This document shows positions 1-7,866 of a stretch of DNA of 45,192 nucleotides, one piece after another. Numbering within the stretch: position 1 is the stretch's first letter; every line of letters starts with the position of its first letter. Where the stretch lies: contig DAIUDF010000004.1 in the NCBI GenBank assembly GCA_036845785.1, positions 1 through 45,192 of the forward strand, read 5' to 3'. The translations under genes and the position numbers were made by a program. The stretch comes from Candidatus Moraniibacteriota bacterium (GTDB lineage Bacteria; Patescibacteriota; Minisyncoccia; Moranbacterales; GWC2-37-73). Under the pieces are notes generated by a model. That model searched no databases. It worked only from the letters and a program-made list of their open reading frames with translations, and had not been told where the DNA came from.

Positions 1-373
1 CATTATTTTCTTGCTTGTTTGCTGTTTTGTATCTCTCCTCATATACTCTTGTTATATTTTTATAGAATTTGGAGAGAACTTTCCTGTCTACGGATATTTT
101 TATATTTTCCTTGTCATTGCAAAACTCATAAGCTGTGATTATATGGTTGTTTTGAAGATATTTTACAGCTTTTTGTCTTAATCTTCTTAATTCGGCAATT
201 ATATCATACGAATAATCGGGTAGGTGTTTTGCCAAGTTTGCTTCCACTTTCTCCTGTTCAGCTTTTATCAGTATTGTATTTTCAGTTTCTAATTCTAATT
301 CACTGGAAATTTCCCTAACGGTGTCAAAAAGAATTAGGAGATTTTTATTGTCCAAATTTTCTATTTTTTCCAT
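1..373 (-). CDS. Hypothetical protein, 5' part only (runs off the window edge)
   Basis: Open frame from ATG at 373 (in-frame ATGs also at 379 and 388): MEKIENLDNKNLLILFDTVREISSELELETENTILIKAEQEKVEANLAKHLPDYSYDIIAELRRLRQKAVKYLQNNHII..., with no stop before base 1. Not in the ORF track. Confidence 0.7.
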   Translation of the reverse strand, partial: MEKIENLDNKNLLILFDTVREISSELELETENTILIKAEQEKVEANLAKHLPDYSYDIIAELRRLRQKAVKYLQNNHIITAYEFCNDKENIKISVDRKVLSKFYKNITRVYEERYKTANKQENN

Positions 374-435
374 ATTCATTATAATCATAATTTACCTCAT
401 TTTACTCTTTAAAAGGCAAAAATCAAGCGGAATAG

Positions 436-464
436 TTGCTATTTGGCTATTTTGATTGTAGTAT
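436..464 (+). promoter_or_regulatory. Sigma70-type promoter for the structured RNA at 471
   Basis: TTGCTA(436-441)-N17-TAGTAT(459-464). Predicted +1 is about 471, the first base of the long stem. Confidence 0.55.
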
Positions 465-470
465 TTACTT

Positions 471-650
471 GAACCCACATTTACATAAACACCGAGGTTA
501 AGCTCGCTTTTAAGTCCAATTGTGATTTGAAGCGGGCGACCTTGATGCACACAATCGGACACCTCGGTGATCTTGTGAGTGTGGGTTCCGTCGGGTCGTC
601 CACTTGAAGGAACTTCTCGGCGACTTATTAAATTAAGTCGTTTTTAATTT
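471..650 (+). ncRNA. Candidate structured ncRNA or 5' leader: long rod enclosing an H-type pseudoknot, then a terminator
   Basis: 471-498 pairs with 561-588 (28 positions, 3 mismatches, G-U pairs favour + strand). 502-510 pairs with 529-537. Loop 514-524 pairs with 550-560 (10/11). Hairpin 589-595/616-622. Terminator-like hairpin at 619-645. Confidence 0.65.
619..650 (+). terminator. Intrinsic terminator-like hairpin immediately before the ATG at 652
   Basis: CGACTTA-ttaaat-TAAGTCG followed by TTTTTAATTTT. Confidence 0.6.
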
Positions 651-651
651 T

Positions 652-1068
652 ATGGGTATGTATGTATTTAGAAGGTGCCCAAAATGCGGGGCTCTTCTTG
701 AAAACTCAGGTTATCTATATGTTTCGTTAGGCAATCCAGTTGTTAATTGCCCTAAATGTAAAGCACCAATTAAAGCAGGAAACATCAATGAATGGGAATT
801 GATGTCTTCAGGAAGCAAAATTTATCATATAATAGCGGCTATAAAAACAGCCCTTGTTCTTTCTGTTTTTATTGGATTTTTGATATCGCTATGCTTTAAA
901 TTAATTAGCAAAGAGATAGAACTTACAACGCTTTTTGTGATTTCTCCGATGATTGGATTTTCCATTGAGATACTGCTCACGATTAGAAGTGTATATAATT
1001 CTAAAAAGAGAATGGGGGATGCTAAATATAGACGCTTTCTCGCGGGAGTAGGTATTGCTAAAGAGTAA
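652..1068 (+). CDS. Zinc-ribbon membrane protein (hypothetical)
   Basis: CPKC...CPKC pair followed by two hydrophobic helices. Confidence 0.75.
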   Translation: MGMYVFRRCPKCGALLENSGYLYVSLGNPVVNCPKCKAPIKAGNINEWELMSSGSKIYHIIAAIKTALVLSVFIGFLISLCFKLISKEIELTTLFVISPMIGFSIEILLTIRSVYNSKKRMGDAKYRRFLAGVGIAKE

Positions 1069-1212
1069 TAACAAAAGTTGATTTTAAGCATAGATATGTT
1101 AATCTTAAAATAAATTAACATTGATATGAGCATAGAAAATACAAGAAGAACATCGCCCATTTTGTCAGCCGTTTTTTCGGCTGCTTTTTAATTTATATTA
1201 ACGCTATGTTTT

Positions 1213-1530
1213 ATGGATAAATCTTTGAGAAATACACTAATAGTTGGAATAATTTTAATAGGATTAAGTATCGTGTATTATTTTGTAGTTAGACCAATAG
1301 TGAATGAAAAAAAGCTGACGAATTGTTTGCAAGAAGCAAATAAATATCTAAATAAAGCAAGAGAAAATAAAAAACAAGATAATGGAGAACTTCTTAAAAA
1401 AGTTGGCAACATTTACGAGGGAAGCACAGAGAAAGAACGGGTATATTTGAAAGAGTTGGCAGCATTCAATGAAATACAAAAAAGAGCTGAGGAAGCAGAA
1501 AAAGAGTGCTTTATGAAATATCCGCAATAA
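1213..1530 (+). CDS. Hypothetical protein with N-terminal membrane anchor
   Basis: N-terminal TM helix, then a helical charged domain with two Cys. Co-oriented with neighbours. Confidence 0.75.
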   Translation: MDKSLRNTLIVGIILIGLSIVYYFVVRPIVNEKKLTNCLQEANKYLNKARENKKQDNGELLKKVGNIYEGSTEKERVYLKELAAFNEIQKRAEEAEKECFMKYPQ

Positions 1531-1551
1531 CTTTCTTATTTTAGTAGAACT

Positions 1552-3906
1552 ATGAAAAATCAATCAATAAAAGATAAATTAAAGAAGCTTTTCATTTCTT
1601 TTTTTAAGGCATTATTTGTTTCTATGATATTTCTTAATATCTGCGGACTTTTTTTGTTAAGTGCAGATGGGTTTACTTCTGCTGAAAAAGCATTGATTGG
1701 CAATGTAAATTTGTGGAGAATTGTATTCGTCTTTGGCTTCTTGTTTGTTTCAACAGCAGCCTATTTCTTCATTAGAAAAAAAGAGGAATTATCAATCCCC
1801 ATTTTTCTGTTTATATTTTGGATTTTGGGTGGATCATTTGTGTATTTTGTTTCCAAAGGCAATATACAGCTAAACACTAACATTACAAGTATTAACATAC
1901 TCGGTTTTGTGAATACTTTTATAACTCTTTCTATATCATCACTATTTCTTATTTGGATATTCGGTATATATTTTTGCAGAAAGATAGCTGCAAAATTTAA
2001 TATGAAGAAAAGCATTGCTGTTTTTGCGGGCATAATTCTGCCTGTGCTATCAATGATGATTTATTCTATAATTTATTATCAAAAAGTTCCCAAAGAAAAC
2101 AAGATAAAATTAACAAAAGTGGTCGCAGGCATTTTAGCAGCCATTCTGATTATTATTTTTGGAATGACTTTCTACACTTTAAGATCGCCAGAGTATTCTT
2201 TGTATCAATTAAAAAAAGCAATTAAGAGCAATGATAAGGATAGTTTCAATAAATACTTCAATTCCAAAGAAGTCTCTGAAAAAATGGGCGAAACAGAGTC
2301 GGGAATCCAAGAAACTATGATGGGTATGGATGTTTCAATTTTGGAAATCAAAGAAGAAAACCCTGATCAAGGAAAAAATGCGATTAAATACATACCTACA
2401 AAACTAAACGGAAAGAGCTTAAAAATGGCATCACTAACTTATTTCAATGGCGAAAATGGAATAGAGCCAGAGATTTCCTTAAAATTTAATGACGAGGGGA
2501 TAAAATTGCTTTCTGAATTGACTCAAAAAAATGTAGGTAAAACGATAGCTATTTTTCTAAATGGGCAGATGGCGAGTGCACCAAAAGTTGAAACAGAGAT
2601 AACTAATGGAGAGGCGGTAATTACGGGAAGTTTTACATATGAACAGGCAAAAGAAATGGTAGAAAAAATTAACACAAGCAAAGATAGTATGCTTGATAGT
2701 TTAAAAATAATAAAAACAGAAAGAAGCGGAAATTCTGCCAAAATTGCTCTACAAAACATAAATGGAGAAAACTTTTGGATAGATATGAACCAAATGCAGG
2801 GAGGATATTGGCAGATAACGGATACACGCCTATCAGAATTTGAAGAGAACTATATAAAAGAAAAATTACCAGTTCCAGATGAATCAAAGACAATTACATA
2901 CGACTGGAAGTATAAGGGCAAGAGCTATTCTCTAAATGAAGAATTGTATGGTTCATTTTATAAGTTTTATAATTCGCTTCCTGCTACTAATGTATTTAAC
3001 GGGGAGTCTCAAATAGGTTGGTTAGAAAAAGAAAACCAATTGTTCATCAATGGAGTTGAGGAAGATGACACTATAAGCAAATTGGCGAAATCTATAAAAT
3101 CTCTTGGGGAAGAAAAAAAACTTAATGAAGATCAAATAGTTGAGTTGATAGCAACATTTGTTCAGACAATTCCTTATGACTATGAAGAACTTGCAAATAT
3201 AGACTCTGGCAATCATAAGATTGATTATCCATATGAGGTTTTGTATAAAAATAAAGGAATTTGTTCGGATAAAAGCTACTTGGCTTATTCGTTATTGAAG
3301 GATTTGGAATATGGTGTTTCATTTTTTCTTTTCCCAGAGGATAGGCATATAGCAATAGGCGTAAAATGTCCTGTGGAGTATTCAAACTATGACTCTGGCT
3401 ATTGCTTTATTGAAACAACAAGTCTTGGAAATAAAATCGGATCAACCCCAAGCATTATGAAAGATACCCGCATTGCTTCTTCAAAAATAGAACTCGGAGA
3501 TTTTGGAGTTGATGCATCGGAAAATCAATCCCAACCGCTTGGAAAAATAGAAATTTTAAATAAAATTGACGGAAAAGAATATGCTGGAATTATTGAAACA
3601 GTTAAAACCCAAAGGGAGATTGACGGCTTGGCTGCATCTCTGAATAAAATGGATAGCGAATTAAAGGTTTCAAGAGTAGAACTTGATCTTAAAAATGGTG
3701 AGGTTGGTAAATTAGTAGATAAGCTCAATAAATTGGCAAAAAGTGATGACATTAGTTCAATTGGCAAATATGATGATATCTATTCTGAATATAAAGATGA
3801 ATACTCTAAATTTGAAAAAGACAGGAAAGCTTTCAATGCAAAAGTTGCGACATTCAATCAGTTAAAAGATAGATATAATAGTCTTATAAAAACTTTTTAT
3901 CAGTAA
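1552..3906 (+). CDS. Multidomain membrane protein: TM region + DUF2939-like + SecD P1-head-like insert + transglutaminase-like domain + coiled coil
   Basis: SPEYSLYQLKKAIKSNDKDSFNKY (DUF2939-like). LNGKSLK...PEISLKFNDEG...NVGKTIAIFLNG...SAPKV...GEAVITGSFTYEQAKEM (SecD-head-like). FVQTIPYD...YPYEVLYKNKGICSDKS...HIAIG...FIETT (Cys-His-Glu transglutaminase-like). Confidence 0.8.
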   Translation: MKNQSIKDKLKKLFISFFKALFVSMIFLNICGLFLLSADGFTSAEKALIGNVNLWRIVFVFGFLFVSTAAYFFIRKKEELSIPIFLFIFWILGGSFVYFVSKGNIQLNTNITSINILGFVNTFITLSISSLFLIWIFGIYFCRKIAAKFNMKKSIAVFAGIILPVLSMMIYSIIYYQKVPKENKIKLTKVVAGILAAILIIIFGMTFYTLRSPEYSLYQLKKAIKSNDKDSFNKYFNSKEVSEKMGETESGIQETMMGMDVSILEIKEENPDQGKNAIKYIPTKLNGKSLKMASLTYFNGENGIEPEISLKFNDEGIKLLSELTQKNVGKTIAIFLNGQMASAPKVETEITNGEAVITGSFTYEQAKEMVEKINTSKDSMLDSLKIIKTERSGNSAKIALQNINGENFWIDMNQMQGGYWQITDTRLSEFEENYIKEKLPVPDESKTITYDWKYKGKSYSLNEELYGSFYKFYNSLPATNVFNGESQIGWLEKENQLFINGVEEDDTISKLAKSIKSLGEEKKLNEDQIVELIATFVQTIPYDYEELANIDSGNHKIDYPYEVLYKNKGICSDKSYLAYSLLKDLEYGVSFFLFPEDRHIAIGVKCPVEYSNYDSGYCFIETTSLGNKIGSTPSIMKDTRIASSKIELGDFGVDASENQSQPLGKIEILNKIDGKEYAGIIETVKTQREIDGLAASLNKMDSELKVSRVELDLKNGEVGKLVDKLNKLAKSDDISSIGKYDDIYSEYKDEYSKFEKDRKAFNAKVATFNQLKDRYNSLIKTFYQ

Positions 3907-3910
3907 AAAT

Positions 3911-4123
3911 ATGGAAACAACCGAAACAGGAGCAGTGGGCTATCTTTTCTGGATTATATACATTGCTCTAACCATTTATGCAATCTATTATTCAAAGAGA
4001 GAAGCAAAAGAGTTAAAAATGAGCGAGACAATAGCTGTTGTAGCAGGCTTACTATTCCCAATTTTGGCGTTATTAATCTACGCACATTTGAATTACAGGG
4101 CAAAGCGAAAAGAAAGTATATAA
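3911..4123 (+). CDS. Small two-helix membrane protein
   Basis: 70 aa, two hydrophobic segments, starts 4 nt after the upstream stop. Confidence 0.7.
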   Translation: METTETGAVGYLFWIIYIALTIYAIYYSKREAKELKMSETIAVVAGLLFPILALLIYAHLNYRAKRKESI

Positions 4124-4176
4124 ACTAAATCTGACGCTATGGCAAAGCTTCAAATTTGTACTATAATGAGACTATT

Positions 4177-4332
4177 ATGGAGAAAAAAACTATTAAATTT
4201 ACTGCCACAAAAACTGTTCAAAAACCAACCACAGTTAAATTCCACACGAAAGATGGGAAGGCTGTGTCATTTAAAGCTATTGAAACAGTAAAAGTGAAAG
4301 AGCGAGTTAAATTTCAAGCGAAGAAAAAATGA
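4177..4332 (+). CDS. 51-aa basic protein, putative antitoxin of the downstream PIN protein
   Basis: MEKKTIKFTATKTVQKPTTVKFHTKDGKAVSFKAIETVKVKERVKFQAKKK*. Its TGA overlaps the PIN ATG (ATGA at 4329-4332). TATAAT at 4162-4167. Below the ORF-track size cutoff. Confidence 0.7.
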   Translation: MEKKTIKFTATKTVQKPTTVKFHTKDGKAVSFKAIETVKVKERVKFQAKKK

Positions 4333-4814
4333 ATAAGATATATCTTGATACAAACATTTTCGTCTCCTATTATAGTGATGAAGATTCCAATAGGAAACAA
4401 AAAGAAGCCGTAATAGCGGCTTTCAAAGTATTTGAACAATTAGGTGATGTGGAATTATGGACTTCAATGTGGACAATTACAGAAATGGTAAAAGTGTTAA
4501 TTCGTAATATAAAAATGGATCCAGAAATTGTTTCAGAAATTGAAAAGGAGCTTCTCAATGAATCCAGACTTTTAAATTTAAAGATACGCTTTGCAGATGT
4601 AAGTCCAATAAAAGACTATGATTTCAAAGAATTTTTCTATCATATTAGAAATGGAATACTAAACTATAATTCAGGAGTGGGAGATGTTATGCATAGCATT
4701 ATTATGAAGAATAACGATATAAAGCACATACTTACATTTGATGGTAAAGATGATTTTAAAAAGATCCCCGAATTGACTGTTATAAATCCCAAAGATGTTA
4801 AATTAGACAAGTGA
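4329..4814 (+). CDS. PIN-domain (VapC-like) ribonuclease
   Basis: IYLDTNIF...TITEM...GDVMH...ILTFD acidic-residue pattern typical of PIN domains. Confidence 0.9.
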   Translation: MNKIYLDTNIFVSYYSDEDSNRKQKEAVIAAFKVFEQLGDVELWTSMWTITEMVKVLIRNIKMDPEIVSEIEKELLNESRLLNLKIRFADVSPIKDYDFKEFFYHIRNGILNYNSGVGDVMHSIIMKNNDIKHILTFDGKDDFKKIPELTVINPKDVKLDK

Positions 4815-4907
4815 TAGGAGTTGTCCTATTTGATTTAAAATAATTGCTGGATCAGGCAAATCTTTAAGCCAGTCAAAGGTTCTAAACCTGTCCTGCCAAG
4901 CGAGCCA
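4803..4907 (-). pseudogene. Orphan C-terminal tail, possibly of a tRNA-targeting recombinase, ending at an attR-like degenerate tRNA 3' end
   Basis: Reads WLAWQDRFRTFDWLKDLPDPAIILNQIGQLLSLV*. It begins at TCCTGCCAAGCGAGCCA (4891-4907), a degenerate version of the tRNA end TCCTACCGCCGGAGC(CA) repeated downstream. Confidence 0.4.
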
Positions 4908-4945
4908 AATTAAAAAAGCATCCTTTTTGGGTGCTTTTTTAATTT
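4908..4945. terminator. Bidirectional terminator-like hairpin following the att-like tRNA end
   Basis: AATTAAAAAAGCATCC-ttttt-GGGTGCTTTTTTAATT. Confidence 0.7.
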
Positions 4946-4957
4946 TGTTTTGAGTTG

Positions 4958-5070
4958 GGTAGGATTCGAACAGGAAAGGGGTCGGGAAAACGTGAGTTTT
5001 CCTGGGGTGGATGTATTGAAACCGCAAGGTTTCAAGGAGCAAAGCGACGTGAGATTCCTACCGCCGGAGC
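4958..5070 (+). repeat. tRNA-tail element, copy 1 (tRNA-Asn-type flanks)
   Basis: GGTAGGATTCGAAC (inverted T-loop/T-stem) + core GAAAGGGGTCGGGAAAAC..GTTTTCC..TTGAAACCGCAAGGTTTCAA + TCCTACCGCCGGAGC (T-stem, acceptor CGCCGGA, discriminator G). Core shared with 35341-35462. Confidence 0.8.
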
Positions 5071-6074
5071 GGTGGAGTTTACTTCAAAAATTGGTGCGGG
5101 GTGAAAATCCTACCGCCGGAGCAAAGAAAATAAGGCTTAAAATCGCCTTGTTTTTTGTTTATATTTTATGATATAATTAACATCTAAAAATAATTTTGCA
5201 TGAAATATGAAAATAACTTTATTTAAAAAATGGAATCTGGCAATAAAAATAGTTCCCATTCTAATTGGGATATTTATTTTAAAATTGATATTTCATAAAT
5301 TTGGCTTTGAATACATTTCTCTCAATGCTTTGTTTACCAGTCTAATCGCGGCAACAACTTTTTTGATCGGGTTTCTTATAACCGGCGTTATTTCTGATTA
5401 TAAGGAAAGTGAAAAAATTCCCGGCGATATGGCAGCCGGACTGGAATCTATTCATGATGAAATTTATATATTAGATAAAAACAAAGGTAACGAATCTACG
5501 AAAAAATATTTGAATTTCTACAAAGCTTTTTTAAATTCAATAATTGATTGGTTTTACCGAAAAGAAAAAACTAAAAACATCCTGGTGAAACTTCATCAAA
5601 TGGATGATTATTTTTCCGAATTGGAAAGCATAATTCAGCCGAATTTTCTAGCTAGAATGAAAAATGAGCAGGGAAATATAAGAAAAATGATTATTAGGGT
5701 AGATAATATTAGGGATTTGTCTTTTATACAATCAGCTTATGCTATTGTTGAATCACTGGCCTTTTTCGTAATAACCGGGCTTCTGATTTTAAAAGTCGAA
5801 CCTTTTTATGAGGCTCTTTTCTTTACGATGTTGGTTTCTTTTCTTATGGTTTATATGATTTTTTTAATTAAGGATTTGGATAATCCTTTTGATTATTCAA
5901 AAAATGGCGAGAACGGAACAGAGGTTTCCATAAAGCCCATTTATGATTTAATTGAAAGAGTGAAAGACAATAAATGATGCGCCTTGCATTATAATGGCTC
6001 TAACATTATCTATTGAGCGGAGCATCAAAGTTTACTTCAAAAAATAGTGTTGGGTGATATCCTACCGCTGGAGC
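5065..6074 (+). repeat. Imperfect ~58 bp direct repeats (5065-5122 and 6017-6074), each ending in the tRNA 3'-end copy and bracketing one gene
   Basis: CGGAGC..AGTTTACTTCAAAAA..GGGTGA..ATCCTACCGC(C/T)GGAGC in both copies. Confidence 0.75.
5207..5977 (+). CDS. Bestrophin-like (DUF4239-type) membrane protein
   Basis: Two N-terminal TMs, a soluble helical region, two C-terminal TMs ending IKDLDNPF. Confidence 0.7.
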   Translation: MKITLFKKWNLAIKIVPILIGIFILKLIFHKFGFEYISLNALFTSLIAATTFLIGFLITGVISDYKESEKIPGDMAAGLESIHDEIYILDKNKGNESTKKYLNFYKAFLNSIIDWFYRKEKTKNILVKLHQMDDYFSELESIIQPNFLARMKNEQGNIRKMIIRVDNIRDLSFIQSAYAIVESLAFFVITGLLILKVEPFYEALFFTMLVSFLMVYMIFLIKDLDNPFDYSKNGENGTEVSIKPIYDLIERVKDNK

Positions 6075-6080
6075 TAGATA

Positions 6081-6112
6081 TTGACAAAAGCGTATCATTA
6101 CGATATGCTTTT
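6081..6112 (+). promoter_or_regulatory. Sigma70 promoter overlapped by an inverted repeat
   Basis: TTGACA(6081-6086)-N17-TATGCT(6104-6109). AAAAGCGTATC/GATATGCTTTT inverted repeat spans the spacer and -10. Confidence 0.65.
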
Positions 6113-6162
6113 TTGTTGGTTAAAAAACATTAGTTCATATCACTTATAGAAAGGGAAAAATC

Positions 6163-6432
6163 ATGCTGCAGATACTTATTTTTGGAGGACTCGTTTTGGT
6201 GGGTTTTTTATGCGGATATTTTTTTCAAACAACAGTGCTAATTGTTCTTTCAGCCATTTTTATCGGAATCGGCATTATTTGGATGAAAAAGGCGCAAGAA
6301 ATTGAAGGCGCATTTGCATTGTTCTACTTTGTGTGTGTAATTATTGTCGATGTGGCAAAATGGGTCACATGGTATTTCATCAACGACAAAAAATTTATCC
6401 AGGAATTTTTCAAGCAGTATGTTCTGAGATAG
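6163..6432 (+). CDS. Small membrane protein
   Basis: 89 aa, three hydrophobic segments, purine-rich RBS (AAAGGG), terminator-like hairpin at 6435-6484. Confidence 0.75.
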   Translation: MLQILIFGGLVLVGFLCGYFFQTTVLIVLSAIFIGIGIIWMKKAQEIEGAFALFYFVCVIIVDVAKWVTWYFINDKKFIQEFFKQYVLR

Positions 6433-6616
6433 AGAAAAAGCTTGCCACGGAAAGCTTTCCGTCTCGGCGAGCTTTCTGTTTTTTAGGTAAATTTCAATTC
6501 AAATTCAACTAAGCTTTTCGTAATTTCTTCCCACTCAAAAGTTCAAAGTTTGTTCACCAGGGGTAGCTAGTGTCCGAAACCACTCTTTTTGAGTGGTTTT
6601 TTGATGGAAAATTAGT

Positions 6617-6660
6617 AAAAAACAAAAGGGATGGAAAGTGCTGATGCACTCTGCCATCCC
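6617..6660 (-). terminator. Intrinsic terminator for 6667..7176
   Basis: GGGATGG...CCATCCC hairpin (6628-6660) with a U-tract on the minus strand. Confidence 0.65.
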
Positions 6661-6666
6661 TTGATT

Positions 6667-7176
6667 CTACATTTGGGGAATTCTTAATAAAACTCCCCGT
6701 TCTTCCTTCATGCTGGCGACAATCGATTCAGGTCGAATCAATTGTTCACCGCTAAACTTTACTTCTTTTCCTCTTTGTGGACAGGTTACGCTCCAGCAAG
6801 CAGCCGAAATAGTCTCTATTTTGACCGGGTAGCCTATTCCGTGGGCGTGTACTGTCATTTTTTGACCACAATCACAGCAACAACACTCAAATCTTTCACA
6901 TGCATCCTCCAAGGATTTATAAATCATTGAAGAACGCTTCTGTTTTTTGGGTGTCGCTACGGGTTGAATCGTGATCACTGTTTGTCCCAGGAACTTCTTT
7001 TTTCGGTTGGTTTTTTTAACAAGAGCAGTTTTTTGAAGATTTTCTTCAGAAGTTCTAAATTCTATAATAGCCTTGTTTCTTCTGAATATTTTGGTTTCCC
7101 TGAGTCTCCGGAGCCTTTTCATGAGATCAGCTTCAAGTTTCAGGGCCCTTGCAATTTTCTCTTGCTCTTTTTTCAA
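6667..7176 (-). CDS. Basic hypothetical protein with Cys-rich C-terminus
   Basis: CCCCDCG...C...CP possible Zn site. Upstream minus-strand promoter TTGCCG-N17-TATATT near 7277-7305. Downstream terminator. Confidence 0.65.
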   Translation of the reverse strand: MKKEQEKIARALKLEADLMKRLRRLRETKIFRRNKAIIEFRTSEENLQKTALVKKTNRKKKFLGQTVITIQPVATPKKQKRSSMIYKSLEDACERFECCCCDCGQKMTVHAHGIGYPVKIETISAACWSVTCPQRGKEVKFSGEQLIRPESIVASMKEERGVLLRIPQM

Positions 7177-7506
7177 TTTCCTTTTCGGTATTCCTGGTTT
7201 ATTTTTTTTGGCGACTACCTTCTTTCTTATTGGCTAGCATAATTAATATGAAGAACTATTGTGCCTAACTACATTTAATATAGCATAGCAAAGTGGTATC
7301 GGCAATTCTACTCAATAATTTTGCCACACATATTTTTTGTTGTATAATATTAATACATATTGAAATAAGTATTAAAAAACACAAACAATTATTTCTTTAG
7401 CTTAGGCTATCTGCTCTGGACAAAGATATAATTTTATGATAGGCTATAAAATCTTGAAGTTTAAGTAATGGTTCTTAATATTTATCAAAAAAGAAAGGGG
7501 ATTGGC

Positions 7507-7866
7507 ATGGACAAAATCGATTGTCAAAAAACAGGAAGCTTAGAGGGTAGCCAAAAGGCTGTTTATCTTACGAAGGAAATAGATAAAAGTGAGCTTTTAT
7601 GGAAAAATCCAGCCGCTAATGATTTTGAGACAGGTTGGGAAATTTTTTCTATCGGCGACCGGGTTAAAGTTAAAACCAAAGATTCAATTTGGCGGGAAGG
7701 AACGATTGAAGAAACGCCCAAAGAAAATCTGAGAGCTATCATCGTCAAATGCGATGAAAAATGGCACGATGATATGGATTTCCATCGCGGAAGAGGAGCT
7801 TCGGTACTTGTTTTTGGGAGAACCAAAAACGAAATACTTTCGCAAATCAGAAAAATTAACCAATAG
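7507..7866 (+). CDS. Hypothetical protein, possible SH3/Tudor-like barrel
   Basis: Start chosen after AAAGAAAGGGG RBS. Motif SIGDRVKVKTKDSIWREGTIEE. Promoter TTGCCA-N16-TATAAT at 7321-7348. Confidence 0.65.
   Translation: MDKIDCQKTGSLEGSQKAVYLTKEIDKSELLWKNPAANDFETGWEIFSIGDRVKVKTKDSIWREGTIEETPKENLRAIIVKCDEKWHDDMDFHRGRGASVLVFGRTKNEILSQIRKINQ

Noticed and set aside
502-560. HDV-like or hammerhead ribozyme reading of the pseudoknot
   Set aside because: P1/P2 crossing order fits HDV, but there is no P3/L3, no P1.1 GG/CC and no catalytic J4/2. CUUGAUGC does not match CUGAUGA and there is no GAAA partner.
468-595. Integron attC site
   Set aside because: Ends do not match RYYYAAC/GTTRRRY, and the structure is not repeated between the downstream genes.
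4329-4814. Alternative genetic code (TGA=Gly, as in Gracilibacteria)
   Set aside because: Core genes are full length in code 11, and TGA ends genes cleanly (for example 4330-4332 and 4812-4814).
4950-5171. ORFs over the tRNA-tail elements (4950..5171, 35339..35614, 35341..35604, 35403..35585)
   Set aside because: Chance frames across palindromic repeats and the tRNA.
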